The position numbers and the translations under genes were made by a program. Shown here one piece after another: positions 39,071 through 53,011 of a DNA stretch of 64,000 nucleotides. Under the pieces are notes generated by a model, which ran no database searches, was not told the DNA's origin, and saw nothing but the letters and a program-made list of their open reading frames with translations. The DNA lies in the NCBI GenBank assembly GCA_023515725.1, contig JALDTO010000154.1:515484-579483 (forward strand), read 5' to 3'. This DNA is from Amoeboaphelidium protococcarum X5. Taxonomy: Eukaryota > Fungi > Aphelidiomycota. Every line of letters begins with the position of its first letter. Position 1 is the first letter of the stretch.

Positions 39071-42000
39071 ATGAAATTATCATAAAGACGCTTTTTTATC
39101 AGCAGAAGATTGCGAGCAATCTAAGTATTGCTTTCTGCAACTGCTGTGTGGTGCCTGGTGCTATTTTATAGGACTGCTGTGACGAAGAGTGGGATTGAAT
39201 AATCCACACAGGAATCTGATACGCGTAATGCCTCTGTGTTGTTACTGTTCAACGTGTCCATTGTATCACATTCCACCTCATGTTCCAACTGCTCCTTAAT
39301 TATTAAAGACGGCATTATCACTTCTATATCTTAGCCTTCTGATGGAGATATTGATTTGAGTCTAGTAGAGGATGAGGAATAAATTCGAGTTAATTGCCAT
39401 GGAATGATTTTGACGCCAGGGTTTATTGATATGCACTCTCATGCAGGCGTAGATACCTGGCCTACTTTTTATAGTACATAGGATTTTAATGAGTAAAATG
39501 AATAATTGATCGGTGACGTAAGGGATGCTATACATGTTGAAGATTCCTAGTTGGATCTTATATTGAAGGGCGGTGTCACTTCTAGTTTAATTCTACCCGG
39601 ATCTGCAAACATTATTGGTGGTTACGCGTAAATAGTTAAGCATCGACCCTGGGCTTAAAGTGTTTAAGATTTACTATTACACAGCGGTTAATCTCACATT
39701 TCTGATCAAAGAGATAAATGCCACTTTTACAGGCGGCTTGATTAAGGAAGTAGTAAGAAGAAGAATCCCAGATTAGTCAAGATGGCTGTGGGTGAGAATG
39801 TCCGATCACATCAACATTCAACACGCATTGGTATTGGTTTATATCTGCGCTAGAAGTTTACTAATGCTTAGAATTTGATTCATCGTCAAAACAAATGGTG
39901 TAGCATAAGATATCTGAATAATCTGCTGAATGTTCAGTATCCTGATGACGTTGCACTCTCAGTCTATAGACAGATTCTTCTAGGTGATGCTGTTGTTCAT
40001 ACTCATGTTTATAGTGCAGTTGATATTGAGATGCTGTTATAACTGAGTATGAAATTTAACTTTATAATCGCTGCACTTCATCATGCAACTTCTGTCCATG
40101 AAATGATTCCGTTTATCAAGAAGAATAAACATCATTTTAGGAATTTGTCAGTGGCAATGTTTAGTGATCGAGGATACTACAAGTATGAGGCGTACCGTGC
40201 AAGTGTAAATTAATTTGATCAGCTGATCGATGCAGGCTTGAATGTCGCCATCAAGAGTGATCATCCTATAGTGAATGCTCAACTCTTACATTATGAAGCT
40301 TTCAAGACTCATCATTATTCAGAGAAAAGTTGGCGTGTCGTTCTTGACTCTGTGACTAAAAATCCTGCTATTGCTCTTGGTATTTAGGACCGCGTTGGAG
40401 ATATTAAAGTCGGAATGGATGCCGATCTTGTCCTATGGCCTCTTAATCCTATACTTAATCTGTAAACTCGTCCAGCTCTTATTGTCGTAGATGGCCACAT
40501 CGTTCATAACAAGGTTGAGTCTTTTGAAGAGTATGTGAACCATAGTACCAAGAGTTCCAATTAGATCGACCATTCTAAAGTATATAGAGAAGATACGGAA
40601 TTTATTTGTGACGGTCTCTTTGATAAATGCAGTGGCAAGTGTTTAATGAGACTATATAATTTATCACTGATTTACATTGAGTAAGATCAGTTTATAAGCG
40701 GTGAGAACTTGACCATAGTGCTTGGTTTTAAAGTGCATGATAGTGTATTATCACGGGCGTAGTTAAATGTCAATAACTTTTAGGTAGTCTGTTCTGGACA
40801 ATAGAGGGATTGTTCTCAGTATGATACAAAACTCAGTATTGATATGAAGAGTGGCATTTTTGCGTCAAGTCCCGTTGCTGCGAATACTGAACTTGGCGTG
40901 AATGAGATAAGTCAGGAGCTGGTCACTCAGCAATTTTCTCCTCGGTTAGGAGTGTGGGATTCTTTGGTAATGGATGGTGGTTTTGCGTTTGATTAGGTTA
41001 TCAACGTGAATGCTCCTTTAATGTAAGAATCTGCTTAGAGGAGAAATGACACAGTACTTAAAAAGTTGAATTTTGATCTTCGACCTTTAGAGCACGTAGA
41101 CTCAAAGCTGATGATAATGGCTTAATAGGCTGGAATATAGTAAGCCGTTGTGATACCGCCTTCAAGTTCGTTTAGTATGGTTCGCGGTGTAAGCTCTTTG
41201 ATTGCGCTTAGCGCGTTAAATGTTTATAGCCGTGTTATACAGCCATCAGTGGCTTTACATCTCACTATGGGGAGGTCTCTAAATGGTGATTTGCTATAAT
41301 CATTTTCTGGTTAGTTGTATTACTTTGAGCGCTTGCTGCAAAGAGCATTAAGAGACTTTAAAAGCTGCTCAGAGAAAATACAGGGATGCAAGTCTCATAA
41401 AAATAAATTTGTTGCAGTACTCGCTGGTGATCTCACTTTAGCAATTCATGTAGATAACGCGGAATTGATTAGAGGTGCTATTCGTATCAAGTCTGTCATT
41501 GAACACGGCGTAAAGTAGCTTTGCGATACTTGCCGTATAAATATGGTTATTTATGGTGGAGCCGAGAGCTGGATGGTGGCAGATTTAATTGCAAAGAATA
41601 ACATTTAACTGATTCTGACCACGCCATCCTCTACTCCAGAAGCATATGATCGTCGCAGAAGCCGGTCTCTGAGTTCTCTTTACGCTGCCGTATAATCATA
41701 GACGAAGGATACGTCAAATATGCAATCAATGACAGACATACAATACTTGATACGCCATGGTGTTAAATTTGCTCTTGCCACTGATTAGGACTTGTAACTT
41801 AGAGAAATGTTCTGGTGGGCGGGATTGGTTCAGTTGGCCAGCAAAATTAATCTTGATGGTTCCATGAACAGTCAATTCTCAAAGTCTTTGAGTGATAAAT
41901 CTGCCTTGGATTTGATTTCATGGAATGTATTAGATATACTTGGAATCAATAGTACTCAATCACATGAATCCAAGTTGAGCTATGTGGCATTCATTGGTGG

Positions 42001-42109
42001 AAATCCGCTCAAGACTTCTAATGCGCGCATCTTGTTGTCCATCTTCGCTGCATAGTCATCATCTTCTAAAGGATAATACTTGATTTAATGCGCGCCTAAA
42101 CAGATTTGA
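39071..42109 (+). CDS. Membrane-anchored tandem amidohydrolase (fungal CE9-like)
   Basis: N-terminal TM; PGFIDMHSHAG, GGVTSSLILPGSAN, KMAVGEN, FHHA, KSDHP, GMDADLVLW; degenerate second domain; about 1012 aa. Confidence 0.85.
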
Positions 42110-42287
42110 ACTTATATCAAGAAGAATCTCAGATGCATAGCTAAATACTGAATGATAAGTATTAAAATGTTTCAAAAAGATTGCAGTGAGATATTTTTCA
42201 CTGTGTTGACTTGGCCGCTTTATAATAACCTTTTCTTAATCAGATACTCCATTTAGCGTTAGCTTGCCTTTAATTATCATATAAAAC

Positions 42288-42704
42288 ATGTCCATGTATT
42301 AGTATAAAGAATTGCCAATTATACCGGGGTTATCTGCTAATAATAGCAATAGTTCAGTGCCGCAGACTCCTATTAAATTAGCAGAGTCATCATCAGAACG
42401 GGAGACTTATGAGAACCAGGCGGACTTGTATGCCATTGTGATCACCGTTGAACAATTGGAAAAGGCTTACATTAGGGATTCAATATCTGCTGATCAGTAA
42501 ATTTAATTATTATCCTTACCGTTATAATTTTTATTATGTATGTATTTGTCATTGTAGATACACTTAAGCCTGTGCTAAACTACTCACACAGTACAAGACG
42601 GCCTTTAATTTAGTGGACGATCAGTTTAAAGATATCGATGATTTTTGTTAAACTTACTATGTAAATATTTAAGCATTTGAGCCGTACTAAAATTTATGAG
42701 TTGA

Positions 42705-42748
<44 letters not shown>

Positions 42749-43171
42749 TAGTTGAATTGCTAAGCAGCTTTGAATAGACTCAAGATTGGAGTGCCGGCAA
42801 CTATTGAACACGCTGTCGCAGCATCTAATTCGTCTACTGGAGGCAGTGGTAATGGTGGTGGATAATAAAGCGCTAAATATGTCGCTGAAGCGGTGCAGTC
42901 TTTCATTACTTTGATGGATTCTCTCAAGTTGGAAATGCGATCTGTAGACCATCTACATCCTCTAATGGGAGATTTATTACAATCACTGAACAAAGTGGGA
43001 GTATCGTCTCAGATAGAATCGCACAAGTAGAAGCTGAAAGAGTGGCTAATCAAATTGAATCAGATGAAGGCTGCAGATGAGTTGGATGAACAAGATACGC
43101 GTTAATTGATGTTTGATTTGGAGACTGCTCACGGCGCCTTCTACAGAGCTCTCAGCAATGATGGGAGTTGA
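42288..43171 (+). CDS. VPS28: ESCRT-I subunit Vps28
   Basis: ERETYENQADLYAI, LEKAYIRD, RLKIGVPATIEH, FITLMDSLKL, QLMFDLE; two introns. Confidence 0.95.
42709..42745. repeat. (AT)18 microsatellite in VPS28 intron 2
   Basis: Perfect AT dinucleotide run ending just before the 3' splice AG (42751). Confidence 0.95.
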
Positions 43172-43246
43172 ATAATATCTCTATTTATGATGGAGAATCT
43201 ACGATGTACTTAAATGTTCATTTATATATCTTAACCTACTTCATGT

Positions 43247-44284
43247 TCAATTGACTTGCACTTTAATCTTGCGAAGTAGCTACTTCAAAGTTCTCCTATT
43301 CTCTTTCTTTTGCATGGCCACATCCTTGACTGTCTGAGGTGCATCTTCAGGCACTTGCAGATCATCATCGCGATCAAAAACAGCCAGCTTTCTCTTCTTG
43401 TTCTCTGTGGCAACCTTCTATGTCAGCTCCTTGTCCTGTTCAGCGCTATCAACACCTGCCTAATATACTGGTATACCGATGCTATCCTGAGTCTTGACGT
43501 GGACTGCAGCAATGTTATCAACACCTCCGCTAATGTACTTGGACAACTGAGGGAGAGCGTGCATCACATTCTGCGTCATTTACTAAACACCCATGGCCAT
43601 TTGTCCAATTCTGAGAGAACTAATAACACCAACACTTTCTGCAGTTCCAGGAACGTAATACGGCACAGATAGGTACGCGTTTTTATACAGGTAATCATAA
43701 GCCTTATCATTCTCCCCGGCTTGCAAAAACTTCATCACAACAGCACTCACTTTGACAGGCATAGGAAACTTTCTCTTTTTAAAGAACTTGGTACCCAGCA
43801 GTGATGGCAATAGAGTGGCGACCTTGTCATCACAAAGAAATATGGTATAGCTATCAGCCAGAATTCTCTTTGCCTCGTACGTAGAGTACTTTGATTTAAG
43901 CTTCGTCACAGAAATCACCTTCTGGATGAGCTTCTTGGACTTATCATCAGGATGATGAATATTCAGTAACGCTTGTTTATACTCAGTCTATGGATCTTTT
44001 ACGAAAACACAAATTTCACCATCCGTACCTTGACTAGTGATACTGCAATCATAAGAGCCACTGACATCATAAATAGGATGGGGTATATCAACGACGCGTG
44101 GCTGTGGTCTATATCCAATTGCAACCTTCTTGAGAGAAATCTGCAAATGAACAAGTTTAGTCGCCGGGAGTAGATCATCTTTACCACCTGCAGATTCTTA
44201 CTATTGAGCAGCTACGTGTTTCTCATGCTTTATCAATGCGCACAATGCCTTCTCTACCTGTTGCTCTTTAATAACGCTCTCCAT
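43247..44284 (-). CDS. RSL1D1: Ribosomal L1 domain protein (Utp30/Cic1-like)
   Basis: IPHPIY, ICVFVKDPQ, KVISVTKLKSKY, FLCDDKV, LLGTKFFKKRKFP. Confidence 0.88.
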
Positions 44285-44712
44285 TGTATTAGCGTACAAT
44301 ATGCAGCAATTTCAGTCTTTATGCCAAATCTCTAAACTGATCGTTTTTGAATTAAGAGCGACGATGTTTGATCAGTTTGCGCAATTGTGAGGGATGCCGA
44401 GATTGGTTGATGATTTTAAACTTTTCATTAGTCGAATACTATGATGTAAATGGGAGAATCTTCTCGATGTTCGTCCAATCTGTCAACATTTTAATAGCTA
44501 TTAGTGATAGTAGTTTTCGCGTATGATTATGTACAGAGAATATAAGATGCTCTTTTTTATTGAACAAATCTTAAGAATGAACAATAATTTTAAATTCTAG
44601 AATTGAACGGCCTGAAAAGTACTGTCTCCTAAAAGTGTATTCACTCGAAACCAATCTAATCATGAAAATTTTGGCCCTTATAATATTCTCTTCAACTTCA
44701 ATTATTTCGATC

Positions 44713-45906
44713 TCATTGCATGTTTCTAATATTCAGACCATAGGGTGGATCAAAAGCACTATTTTGTCGATCGGTTATAGATAATTAATTCTAACGTTGC
44801 GGACTTAGATCTTGATCAGCAGCGGAGACGTCTTCCACCGTTGGATAAAAACGTGAATTAGAGGCCGACTCTTGGCGCTACATTTCAGGCAACTCAATTT
44901 AACGCCGAGGAGATGTATCCTGACCAGATTAGACCGCCGCAACTATTGCATCATCTATAAGGTCACCTCCACTGTTGCGCTCTATATCCATGGCCTTGAA
45001 CACTTCATCTGACATTACAATTTCTAATTGGGCGTACAACAGTGAAACTATCGCTCCTACAAGTCCAAAGCCTATGTATATATCAACCGCGTCATATACG
45101 CCTTATCTGCTCGTTAAAGCCATCATAATCGCTACGAAGGCAAAACAATAGAAAACCACCAGTACACGAAATAATGCCGATAAACCGTACACCAACTTAT
45201 TACGCGTAGTGCACCCAACTAGAAGTGACGCCACCCATAGAGCCAAAAGGATCATTGTCACAATGAAGAGAGCTTAAACTTGGACGTCGGGATAAGCCCA
45301 TAGGTGAGCCCTATAATAATTTCTATCACTGCGCGGAACTTCAATGAATGCCTGCAACTTACGACTGTTTTAGATGCAATCTTTGAGGAAGGTATCCTGG
45401 CCACTCACAAATTAAGCTAAACGACCGGTGCTTCTATACGGATCTTACTAGTGTGACTGCAGAATAGACATGACCTCGTCAGCCTATCCAGACTAACCTG
45501 TAGCCTTCTGTAGGAAATGAGAGAACATTTACTATGGATTCTGACCACTGATTCTCTACTACAGCATAATCACCATCTTATGAGATTGCGCCTTCATTTT
45601 AGGAGCCATTCTGATGAGATGATCCACCACACCATCTAAACTGAAGGGCACGCGCTGAGCAGTATTGGAAGCAATCTACTTGATAGCAGACAACAGCTCG
45701 CGATCACCACCTGTAAACTAATGGATGATACTATCGAAATTCGCCTCACCATTAGCAGCAACACCACCAGCAGATTGACCACCTTGAACCATAGCGCTTG
45801 AGCCAGCATTGTGAAATGCACCAAATCTTACAGCTTGTATCGTGGGAAAGAGGCAATTTTGCCACAGGAGTAACCAGCAGATAAAGAGTGCATATCCAGT
45901 AGCCAT
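44713..45906 (-). CDS. Signal peptide plus multi-TM protein, paralog B
   Basis: MATGYALFICWLLLWQNCLFPTIQA; colinear similarity with 37555-38694. Confidence 0.75.
45593..45744 (-). repeat. 152-bp inverted repeat, copy 2
   Basis: Reverse complement of 37702-37853 with one mismatch. Confidence 0.92.
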
Positions 45907-46721
45907 TAGATAGTATTGATCTTCTATTACTGAATTCTAAACGATTTGGTAATCAAATTTTAATAAATCCAAGATTAAAATGCATGAAACATGAGATTAC
46001 TCTATACACGTTTTATGGTCTCTTAAATCATGGGGGTTTCATACAACGTGATGTGTCACAGTAGCCATTATATAGTATTTCGAATTGGTGAAAAGTCTAC
46101 GTGTCAAAATATCTAATATCTATAAATTTTCTTTAGTAAAGTAAAAGGCGTCTACATACTTGTTCACGTTTGATAGCTACTTGAAGTTAAAGCACAAGGT
46201 ATAAACTACTGACACGCTTTATACGCATGGCACACGTGTATTACTCGAATAGATCTTAGTTCCCGCGGTATAAAATCATCAATGAAATTGTAGTGTTCGA
46301 GTCCAAATGCTAGCTTTTCAGCACTTTAAATTTTCAACATTAAAGATTAGCCTTGCTAGATGAGGTAGCCTGCCATTTGGAATGAATTTTATCCGCCGGT
46401 ATGTCAAGGCTGGTTAAAATGTTTGATGTCATTCCAGTGATTCTGTGTCGCATTAAAAGTTGGAGATGGCCACCACCGCGAAGCTTACGACATTAAATCA
46501 TACAATTATTTTAACAATTTCCCACTACTTAGTTATATTATCTTAATAATTGAAGTTGACCTAACCTTACGTTTGACTTCACGGTTGAGATGTGTTATTT
46601 TATTTGCTATTGTTATCAACTTCCCTGCTCAATTTTAACTTGGTCGAGTCGAAACAATAACTACGACAAGTTTACAGTTTAAAATAACTTCTTAAAATAA
46701 AATTTCAGAAATATCCCTTGT

Positions 46722-48113
46722 ATGAAGTTGCCTATCGTTATTCTGAAAGGTAAAGAGAAGCAGGTATATGACGAGTATTTTAGACTTGCCACGGCTGGTT
46801 CGTCCTCATCCTCACTGCAGGGACTACCCACGTACGAACACATTTACAGTCTTCTCTTCGCAAAGTCCTACCTATCTCAGTACATTTGCACTAGGATCTG
46901 GGAAATTGTTGGAGTGAATGCACCCAGTACGTCTAGTGTTCGCGGTTCAAGTGCCTCATTGATGGACTAGAATACTTTTAATGTCCTAATGCGGTTGATT
47001 GCTGTTTAATAGTAGGCGTTACTGAGAAAGGAGTTTATAGAGCCATCTGCAGGTCAAGTTTCCTCTATGTTTTTATAAGAATCTCAATAGTATTTTGCCA
47101 TCATTGGTGAGTATGAGCATGTGGTGTCTGCTTTTATATCATCGACTGGAATAGGCTAGTGGGAGCCATTGACTGATGACTAGCAAAAGTATTCAGAGTA
47201 TTTCCAATAGTTGCTTCTGCACAGCCCGTCTTAAGGTCAAGCGTCACTCGTATCAGGAGAGTAAGTACTGGCGTTCTATGCCAAGTCTAATCTGTAGATG
47301 AATGTTCTTTAGAGAGTTATTAATCTGGTGGACATTGGCAAGATTTATTAGATATCATTACCCCAATTCCAGGTTGGGATGTTCATTATAGAGTATCTGC
47401 TGCACTCTATACAGGTTCTTAGTGCTGAATTTGATCGAAGACGAATGCTCGGTATGAATGTGCCCGCAATGTCTATGGATCACCTCTTGCCAAGTTAACT
47501 ACACCCACAGTTTGTATCGTTTATCTGTTCTCAGTAGAAGTACATGAAGCAGAAGCTATAAAAGGCGGATTAATAGTCTAATATTGTAGATGATCTTATA
47601 CCCCAGCATGGCGTACCTTCTAAGAGCAGTTAAGAATCCGCACTTGAAGTTGATGATTTTGATAAGAGATTTCCTCCTCTTGAGGGTATTGATCAAGTAC
47701 CTGAATTGAGATCTCATGGTTCAAAGTACTTACAGCAGAGGGCTATTGATAGTTTAAAACCGACACTCAATGCAGAAAAAGAGTAAAGCTATTCTGTTCC
47801 AAAGTAAGATGATAAGATGGTACAATTTGGTGGCATAACAGGAGCAGAATAAGGTGAATAGACTAAAGCTGATTTTGCTCAAGATTTCACCTCCGATAGA
47901 TAGAAGCTTGTTGAGAAAGAGTATGCTGCTAAACTTGATGAGATTAATGAAAGGAGAACCGTGATAATGTAAAAGTAAAAGCATCTCGAAGAGAAGAGGG
48001 AGGATCTACGTAGAAAGCTAGAAGTGGAGCTAAAAGTTATAGATACATACCAACAAGCACTGAATTTGTATGAATAAAAGTTTCAAGCTTTCAAAATTGA
48101 ATAGAAATTGTGA
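46722..48113 (+). CDS. EH-domain endocytic adaptor with C-terminal coiled coil
   Basis: YDEYF..LFAKSYL..RIWEIV; VSGEQVLAFYAKSNL..INLVDIGKDLQISLPQFQVGMF. Confidence 0.7.
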
Positions 48114-48164
48114 ATGAATGTGCTCATGATTTTAATGTAAATCAGTATGATGCTATTTATTCAT

Positions 48165-49149
48165 TCATTCACTTTCTACAACGTTTACAGGTGAAGGGAG
48201 AATGTAATCTCGCACCAACTTCACAGATAGTCCCAGGTATAATGTAGGTAAAAATATAGCACCAGCACAGCTTCCAGTAAGTGTGCTTGTATTCAATAGA
48301 CTTGTGTAAGACACCAGGAAATGCCCTGCGACCACCCATAAGATAAATTGATAATTTCTTCGCATTAAGCCTTCGAAAGCAATTATAAAGTACACAACGT
48401 TGATAAATGTATTGATCGACACCATCCACGCTACAAAAATAAAGAATAGGAAAATGATAGTATTCAGGCATACAGTGCAGAATTTAAAGGTGAACTTACC
48501 GTAGAGATAAGGACCAGATACTGCTGGACATGACGGTAAAAATAGAGTACCAGGACCTGTTGAGTTGGACCACAAGCCGATAAATGTTATGAGTGACTAC
48601 GCAAAGCCGCAGCCAAATCCAACTGCTGATGATATTTCTAGTCTCATTAAGCGACGTTGCAGATCAGAAATCTAATCTTGATCATCTTTGGTCTATTAAT
48701 TGCGCCCAGTCATAGCTGCAGCATGTAATCCAGTTTCAGCTTTTCTACAAAGTGCATGATCTCAATTATGAATGATTTAATGTGAGCGTGGTGGGTGTGA
48801 TAAAATCTACCTAAGTAATAGCATGAAACCGAGTCGAAACAGCTCTTGTAAAGACACAGAGTAGAATACAGTTAAAGGATCTTGCGAGTTAATTTGCTAC
48901 GAAGACTGCACTGACTATATCGCACCAAACCATATCGCTCCCACTATCAGCATTGACAATAACCATACAAACGATCTACACAGTACATTCACTCCTGATC
49001 ACAAAACATGTCACTGCAAGTCGAAACATTATGAAATACCCAGTAATAGTCAAAATCAGATTTAGAGGACTCTTGAGAAAGTAAAAGAAGACTATTAATG
49101 GTGGACCATATGCCTGTAGTCCAATAGCGAAAAATTGAGTCCAAGTCAT
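48165..49149 (-). CDS. APH1: Gamma-secretase subunit Aph-1
   Basis: FFAIGLQAYGP, FVWLLSML, SVSLQELFR, AVGFGCG, GPGTL, GHFLVSYTSLLN; about three introns. Confidence 0.82.
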
Positions 49150-49302
49150 TGATTCGAAGCCAGGCGTTAAAGGCAGCGCTTAGAACAAGAATTGCTGTGA
49201 AAAGGCGCGTAAAGAAATCTACAAGCACAACTTTAAAAACTTGTATTCCATTCAAAACTATCATATTATCCCCCCAAAATCTCATAACTCATCTTCAATA
49301 TC

Positions 49303-52300
49303 TCATTAATAGACAAAGCGTTACTTAATCCTGGTTCGAGTCAGAAAATTAAAAGTGATACAACCCATCGCGTAAATGTCAGCCTTTTGCAATTCGTAAG
49401 GCTAAATCTGGTACTTGCCACGAAAACCCGCAAACATCTCGGGACTAGCATACTCAATAGACAAGCCCTTCAAAGTACTAACTTTAAAGCCAGCTACATT
49501 CACTTGTTGGCGATCCACCACAGCAGAGATGCCAAAATCGATCAAAATTGGAATCATCTGACTAAACTCATTGAAGTCGATCATAATGTTCTCCAATTTA
49601 ATGTCACAATGAGCAAAGTTGAATTTGTGAACATGAGATAGAGCCAAACATGAGCGAGTTAACATTGAGACTATCAGTGACTTGTTGTAAATCTGATTTG
49701 ATGTCGCGTTCTTCAAAATCAAGTCACGCAGAGAACCATATCCATATAACTTCATAATAATGCATGATGGATTGTCGCTGTATCCAATGAACTTACAGAT
49801 GTACGGACAATCTCTGAGCATATGCAGAACCGAGACTTCTTGTTAAAAGGCATGATACCATTACTGATCCTTGGGATCCTCGACGTTAAACTCAAAGAAC
49901 TTGACAACAACCTGCAAACCATTTGCATGACTGATTTACGAAGCATTTAGAACTTCACCGCGACAAATCTTACCTCGGACATTCTACGCTATTGTCTTTC
50001 CGGCTCTGAAATCCAAGCCAAACTCATACCTCATATACGCAGGAATAGACAGTTCATGAGATGTAGCAACAGCCGTCATAGCAGTCATGGTTGTAGAATA
50101 AGCAGTCATGCCAGTATGCTAAGAAGTCACACCTCGCTAAGCAGACATATGGCCAGTATCTGTCTGTCTGGACATTTGAGTCATGCTCTGAGACAGATTC
50201 GGAGTTGATACAAAAGGCACTTTACGAGCTCCTGCATACCTTCTTCTCCTGACGCACAATAAGCAGGCAGCCGTATTCAGCATAAGGAAGACCACAATAC
50301 CAGCAATGACAGCATAGGTGAACAAATTCTAACCAAAGGAGAATGCGCCTGCGGAAGCCTAAGTGATAGCAGCAGAAGTTGCTACTGTGTTCACAGTTGT
50401 ACCAATGGCTAGAGATGAACTTGCTCGCATTTGGTCAATTGAGAAATTTATGGCTTTATCGCTCTATGTGGAGGACAACAATGCAGTAGATTAACTCAAA
50501 CTTATCTTTGTAATTGATTACAAATTAACCGCAGGTGACACACCAATCTAGCTTGTAGACGATGGAGTAGAAGACTATTCACTAGTCGCAGTAAACAATT
50601 CTTAACTTGCCACGATGGATAATTCTTCACTTGTCGCGGTAGAGCTGCCCGATAATGCTGTGCTTATATTAGTAGTGGTCAGTGCCAATTACTCAAGGGA
50701 TTAGCTTTGTACCGAAAGCGACGGATAAATGCTACTTTCAGTCGTATCGAGTGACATTTGAGTAACTGATGAAGCACTGGAAATTACACTGCTTATTAAA
50801 GCTATGGAATTGGTCGAAGTAGAAGTTACCAGAGCAGATGGTAGCGTTTCAACAGGAAATGCACTATACATTGTAGAGCTCGATGTAGATGGTAGCGTTT
50901 CAATAGGCAATGCACTTTAACTTTTAGAGCTCAAACTCAAAGTAATCGATCCCTAAGTAGAATAGCTTTCTACTTGAGATGAGACAGGTGAAGCGACTGC
51001 ACTCGAAGTAAGAGATGGCAACTTGGAAGACGTAGATACAACAGTAGAAGTTGTACTTGAACTGATTGACTTGAACACGCTAACAGAAGTTGTCGCGATG
51101 GTAGTGACAACGGCCTACGTTGATAACGATGATGATGTCACAGCATTAGTCGAGCTAATGGTTGATGATGTTCTAGGAATAATAACAATGGAAGGTTATA
51201 CCAGTGGCTGTGCATTAGGATAGGTGAAATTCTCAACATAATAGTAAGGATCGGCAGTAGTATCACCAGAGCCAACCACAAAAATGTTCTTATTTCTCAA
51301 AGCAACAGCTGATATAGGAGCAGTATTCTTGTAAGCAGCATACACCAGAGAATCCATCACATTCGTCGAATTAGTAAAAAACCTGAAATAGCTGTGATAC
51401 GGGAAGTTGTTCCTAAAGTCAACTCCAACAGAGTAAAGTATGTCATTAGAATCATCGACGAATAGAGCTTAAGTGACATAATGCACCGTGCTTCCAGAGC
51501 CAGGAATTCTTATTATGTACGTACTATCTAGGCTAAATGTCGACATTGAATATCTGCAGATTAAGCCTTCCTGATAATTGGTGCTAGGATTGTAATAGTA
51601 ACCGGCTGCATAAAAGTATCTACTGTCGGCAGTAACGGCATGAAAGAGAGCCTCTTAAGTGCTCACTGGTTTTTATCTGGAAGTAATAAACTATCCATCA
51701 GCGTAAAAGAACACAATATACGCCTGAAAATTAATACCGCCTGCAGCAGCAAATAAGTTTCCATCAAATGTCGTAACTTTGTTCAGCATTTCATCAGATG
51801 TAGAACCCAGCTATTGACTCCATCCCAACGTCATATTTTTATAAAGGAGGCCATATATATTATCTCTACCGCCACCTCGATAAGTGCCACCAAGAAAATT
51901 GCCTCCTGTGGAGCCCACATAGATCAGATCATTATTGGAGGTGAATGCCGCGTGAGAAATGTAATCTTACACGCCACTGCCAAACTGCAAATCTCCTAGC
52001 ATAACATAATTATTCGACAGCTTTTGAATGTAGGCATACTGCTTATTAAAGTTGCCAAATCGAGTAAAGAGTAGATAGATGTTGTCATCCGAATCCAGCA
52101 CCATATTAGTTAGCCTTCTATTTGCACCGCTGTCAGTATATACTTGAGCTGAAGCAGAGTAATTAGATGGGCTGATAGATAGAATAAATGCTTTTCCACC
52201 AGTGGAGTAGCAAGATACGAGCACTTCGGTAGTAAGACGCTTTTACACCGCGTTCATACAATAGCTAGCGCCAGAGGAAGCAAGCGGCCACATTATCTGG

Positions 52301-52314
52301 CTAACGTACGACAT
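49303..52314 (-). CDS. Receptor-like protein kinase (ectodomain, S/T-rich stalk, TM, kinase); start may lie further upstream
   Basis: TM YAVIAGIVVFLMLNTAACLLCV followed by RRRR; VVVK, HCDIKLENI, IDFG, YASPE, DIYAMG. Confidence 0.85.
50836..50932 (-). repeat. Imperfect 51-bp tandem duplication in the RLK stalk
   Basis: agatggtagcgtttcaa(c/t)agg(a/c)aatgcact...agagctc at 50836 and 50887 (17-aa repeat). Confidence 0.8.
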
Positions 52315-53011
52315 ATTGATGCTTCACAACAACAAATTAAGCGTTTGTGCCTTATACAAGTGTTAACTAAGATAAAATGGACCTTTAATAATATATATAT
52401 TACCAGTCTATATGAACGGCAATATAGTCAAGAAATCATTATAGACTTCCATGAGTTGCCGATGGTTAACAATAGATCAATCTATAAATAGCCATTAGCG
52501 CATACATCACGCGAGACTAATCTGTCTAAAGATGAAGTATGAAAGCGGTCAATATATTATCTAACGCAGCTTTAGTCTTAGAATAAATTGAAGTTTGGGC
52601 GCCTTTGTATCATAACTCAACTGCAGCTGATCAGTTGAAACAAAGCTTTGTCGATCGATCACTCAGAGCAAGCATCTCATTGAGCAGAATTTAAGTGTAT
52701 GCAATACTCTAAGTCCTAATAGCATTTTAGATATTTTCTAGATATTGCCATTTAATTATAGGAATGACTCACATTACTGTATGTAAACATATACAATTCT
52801 TCCATCTAGTACGTTCTTAACACACAAATTTAGAATAAATCGATGGCAAGGTGCGCAGTGCTATTTTTAACCAAGTTTATCATTCCTCTTGATGGTCATT
52901 AGGGACCACTGTCGCAAACAAATCATCATTTAGTTATCATTAATCTTGCTCGACAACATATTGAAAATTCATTGGCTTTAAAGTCGTTGAAACACATAAG
53001 TGCAACTAGAT

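Noticed and set aside
39071-41300. Apparent ORF-free desert
   Set aside because: Fully coding once TAA/TAG are read as Gln.
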